Source of the DNA: Microbotryum violaceum
Taxonomy: Eukaryota
NCBI GenBank assembly: GCA_001244265.2
Contig: CDLV01000012.1
Location: forward strand, 124,001 to 188,000
Reading direction: 5' to 3'
Length of the DNA: 64,000 nt
Both the position numbers and the translations under genes were made by a program. The notes under the pieces are model-generated. The model was not told the DNA's origin. It saw only the letters and a list, made by a program, of their open reading frames with translations, and did not search any database. Positions 62,766 through 64,000 of the stretch are shown here, in pieces; position 1 is the stretch's first letter, and every line of letters starts with the position of its first letter.

Positions 62766-64000
62766 TCGAAGATGTGATCCCCAGGTGGCCTGGTTTCCAA
62801 GTCTCTGGCACTCTGGATACCTAAATCTGAGAACAGTATGATATGGGGTTGTAATCAGTGGGACCAACTTTTCTGGTAGTGGACGGCGGCAGCACCGGCC
62901 GTTCGGGAGTTCGCCTTGTTGCCGAGCTGAGAGCTCGGACACTGGCACTGATCCGCCACTATGAACAAGATAGTCCCAATTTGAGTTGAGTAGACGAAGA
63001 AGTGAAGCTGGCAAATCTGTTTGATTCGCATGCATTATCGTGAGATTAGCCATCGGAGAAGCATCTGCAGCCGGCGGTGTCCGTCGATTAGTGGCGTGAC
63101 TGGCCCCAATGGGTCCGTGCGCGTGTCTGGGGCTGGGAGGAAGCACACTCGCACCCCTCATGGCCTCAGATCTCAGAGCTCAGAGACGCTCGGCATCCTT
63201 CCTAAACCCCCCACCCAGCTTCCGTCGGACCTATTCAGACCCAGACAATCTACCCACCCCGCCTTCTTTCCTCCCGACACCCTTCTCTTCCAGAACAAGG
63301 AACACACTAGCGCATGTACGCGGCTCCCCAACCAAGTGCCACTCCTGGAGTCAAGCAAGAAAAGCCCAATCTCGTCGGTCAGTCTCTTCAGAGCTCTCCG
63401 CACCTCATCTTCGGAGTGCATGATCCTACCCCATCTAGTCCACTGTGCTAATATCGTTCATGCCGATCTATAGGCGTCCGCAACAAGCAAAGGTTCGTGT
63501 TGATGTCGCCACCGCTGTCGCTCGAGGCACGCCTGATGACGCGACAAAGGCAGCGTCGACGACCGTTTTCGTGCCCATAAGCGTGGCACCAGAGAGCATA
63601 CACTGACTCGCCCTGTTGTCCTTCCTCGGCTACCCATAGGAAAGGCGTTCAAAAGGCCCAGGCCAAGTTTGAACCTCTTGCGTTCCGTGATCAACTCATC
63701 AAGCATCTCGAATCCGTCCCAGAGCGCGACTTTGACGCCGTAGCCTCCAAACTCGATGTTCTAGGCAACCAGGTCAGTACTGCGTGGTCTCTTTACAGCA
63801 TCTCCATTGATATATGCTGATCAGTCTCCACTCCATTCCCCTGTCGCTTGCCGGCCCGCCGCGGTCCCTTCCTCGCTGCCTCGACGCCCTGACTCGACAC
63901 ACGACTTGCGCCGCCACCCGACGCCACCCTATCATTTTCCCCGCACCAGCTCGACTACCGCAAGTATGAGCAACAGCTTTTCGAACTGCTGCTCGTCGGT

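Noticed and set aside
62733-64000. Possible minus-strand gene fragments at the window end
   Set aside because: Truncated by the window edge, with unclear exon structure and no diagnostic motif.

Overview
Intron-rich fungal genomic DNA (short GT-AG introns with CTRAC branch points). The gene and transposon repertoire points to a basidiomycete, most likely a Microbotryum-like Pucciniomycotina plant pathogen (inference). The first ~21 kb is an accessory region: five divergent paralogs of a small secreted protein family, all with the same three-exon, phase-0 structure. They are interleaved with decayed DNA transposons: an AcademH-like relic, a hAT deletion derivative inserted in a copied sugar-transporter exon fragment, a MULE-like transposase carrying a 3'-5' exonuclease, and a Helitron fragment. 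Housekeeping genes follow: BTB protein, TRIR-like, MMC1-like, alpha-glucoside permease, complex I 17.8 kDa subunit, FKBP12, FLC/TRP-like channel and the arginine-specific CPS small subunit. A complete 10.2 kb KDZ transposon (about 135 bp TIRs, 8 bp TSD) carries three uncharacterised cargo genes and an array of palindromes. The most striking hidden feature is an arginine-attenuator-peptide-like uORF upstream of CPA1. Its ATG is split by an intron, and its last exon is tandemly duplicated, which could give two attenuator isoforms. Exon boundaries were read manually and family names come from motif recognition, not database searches.
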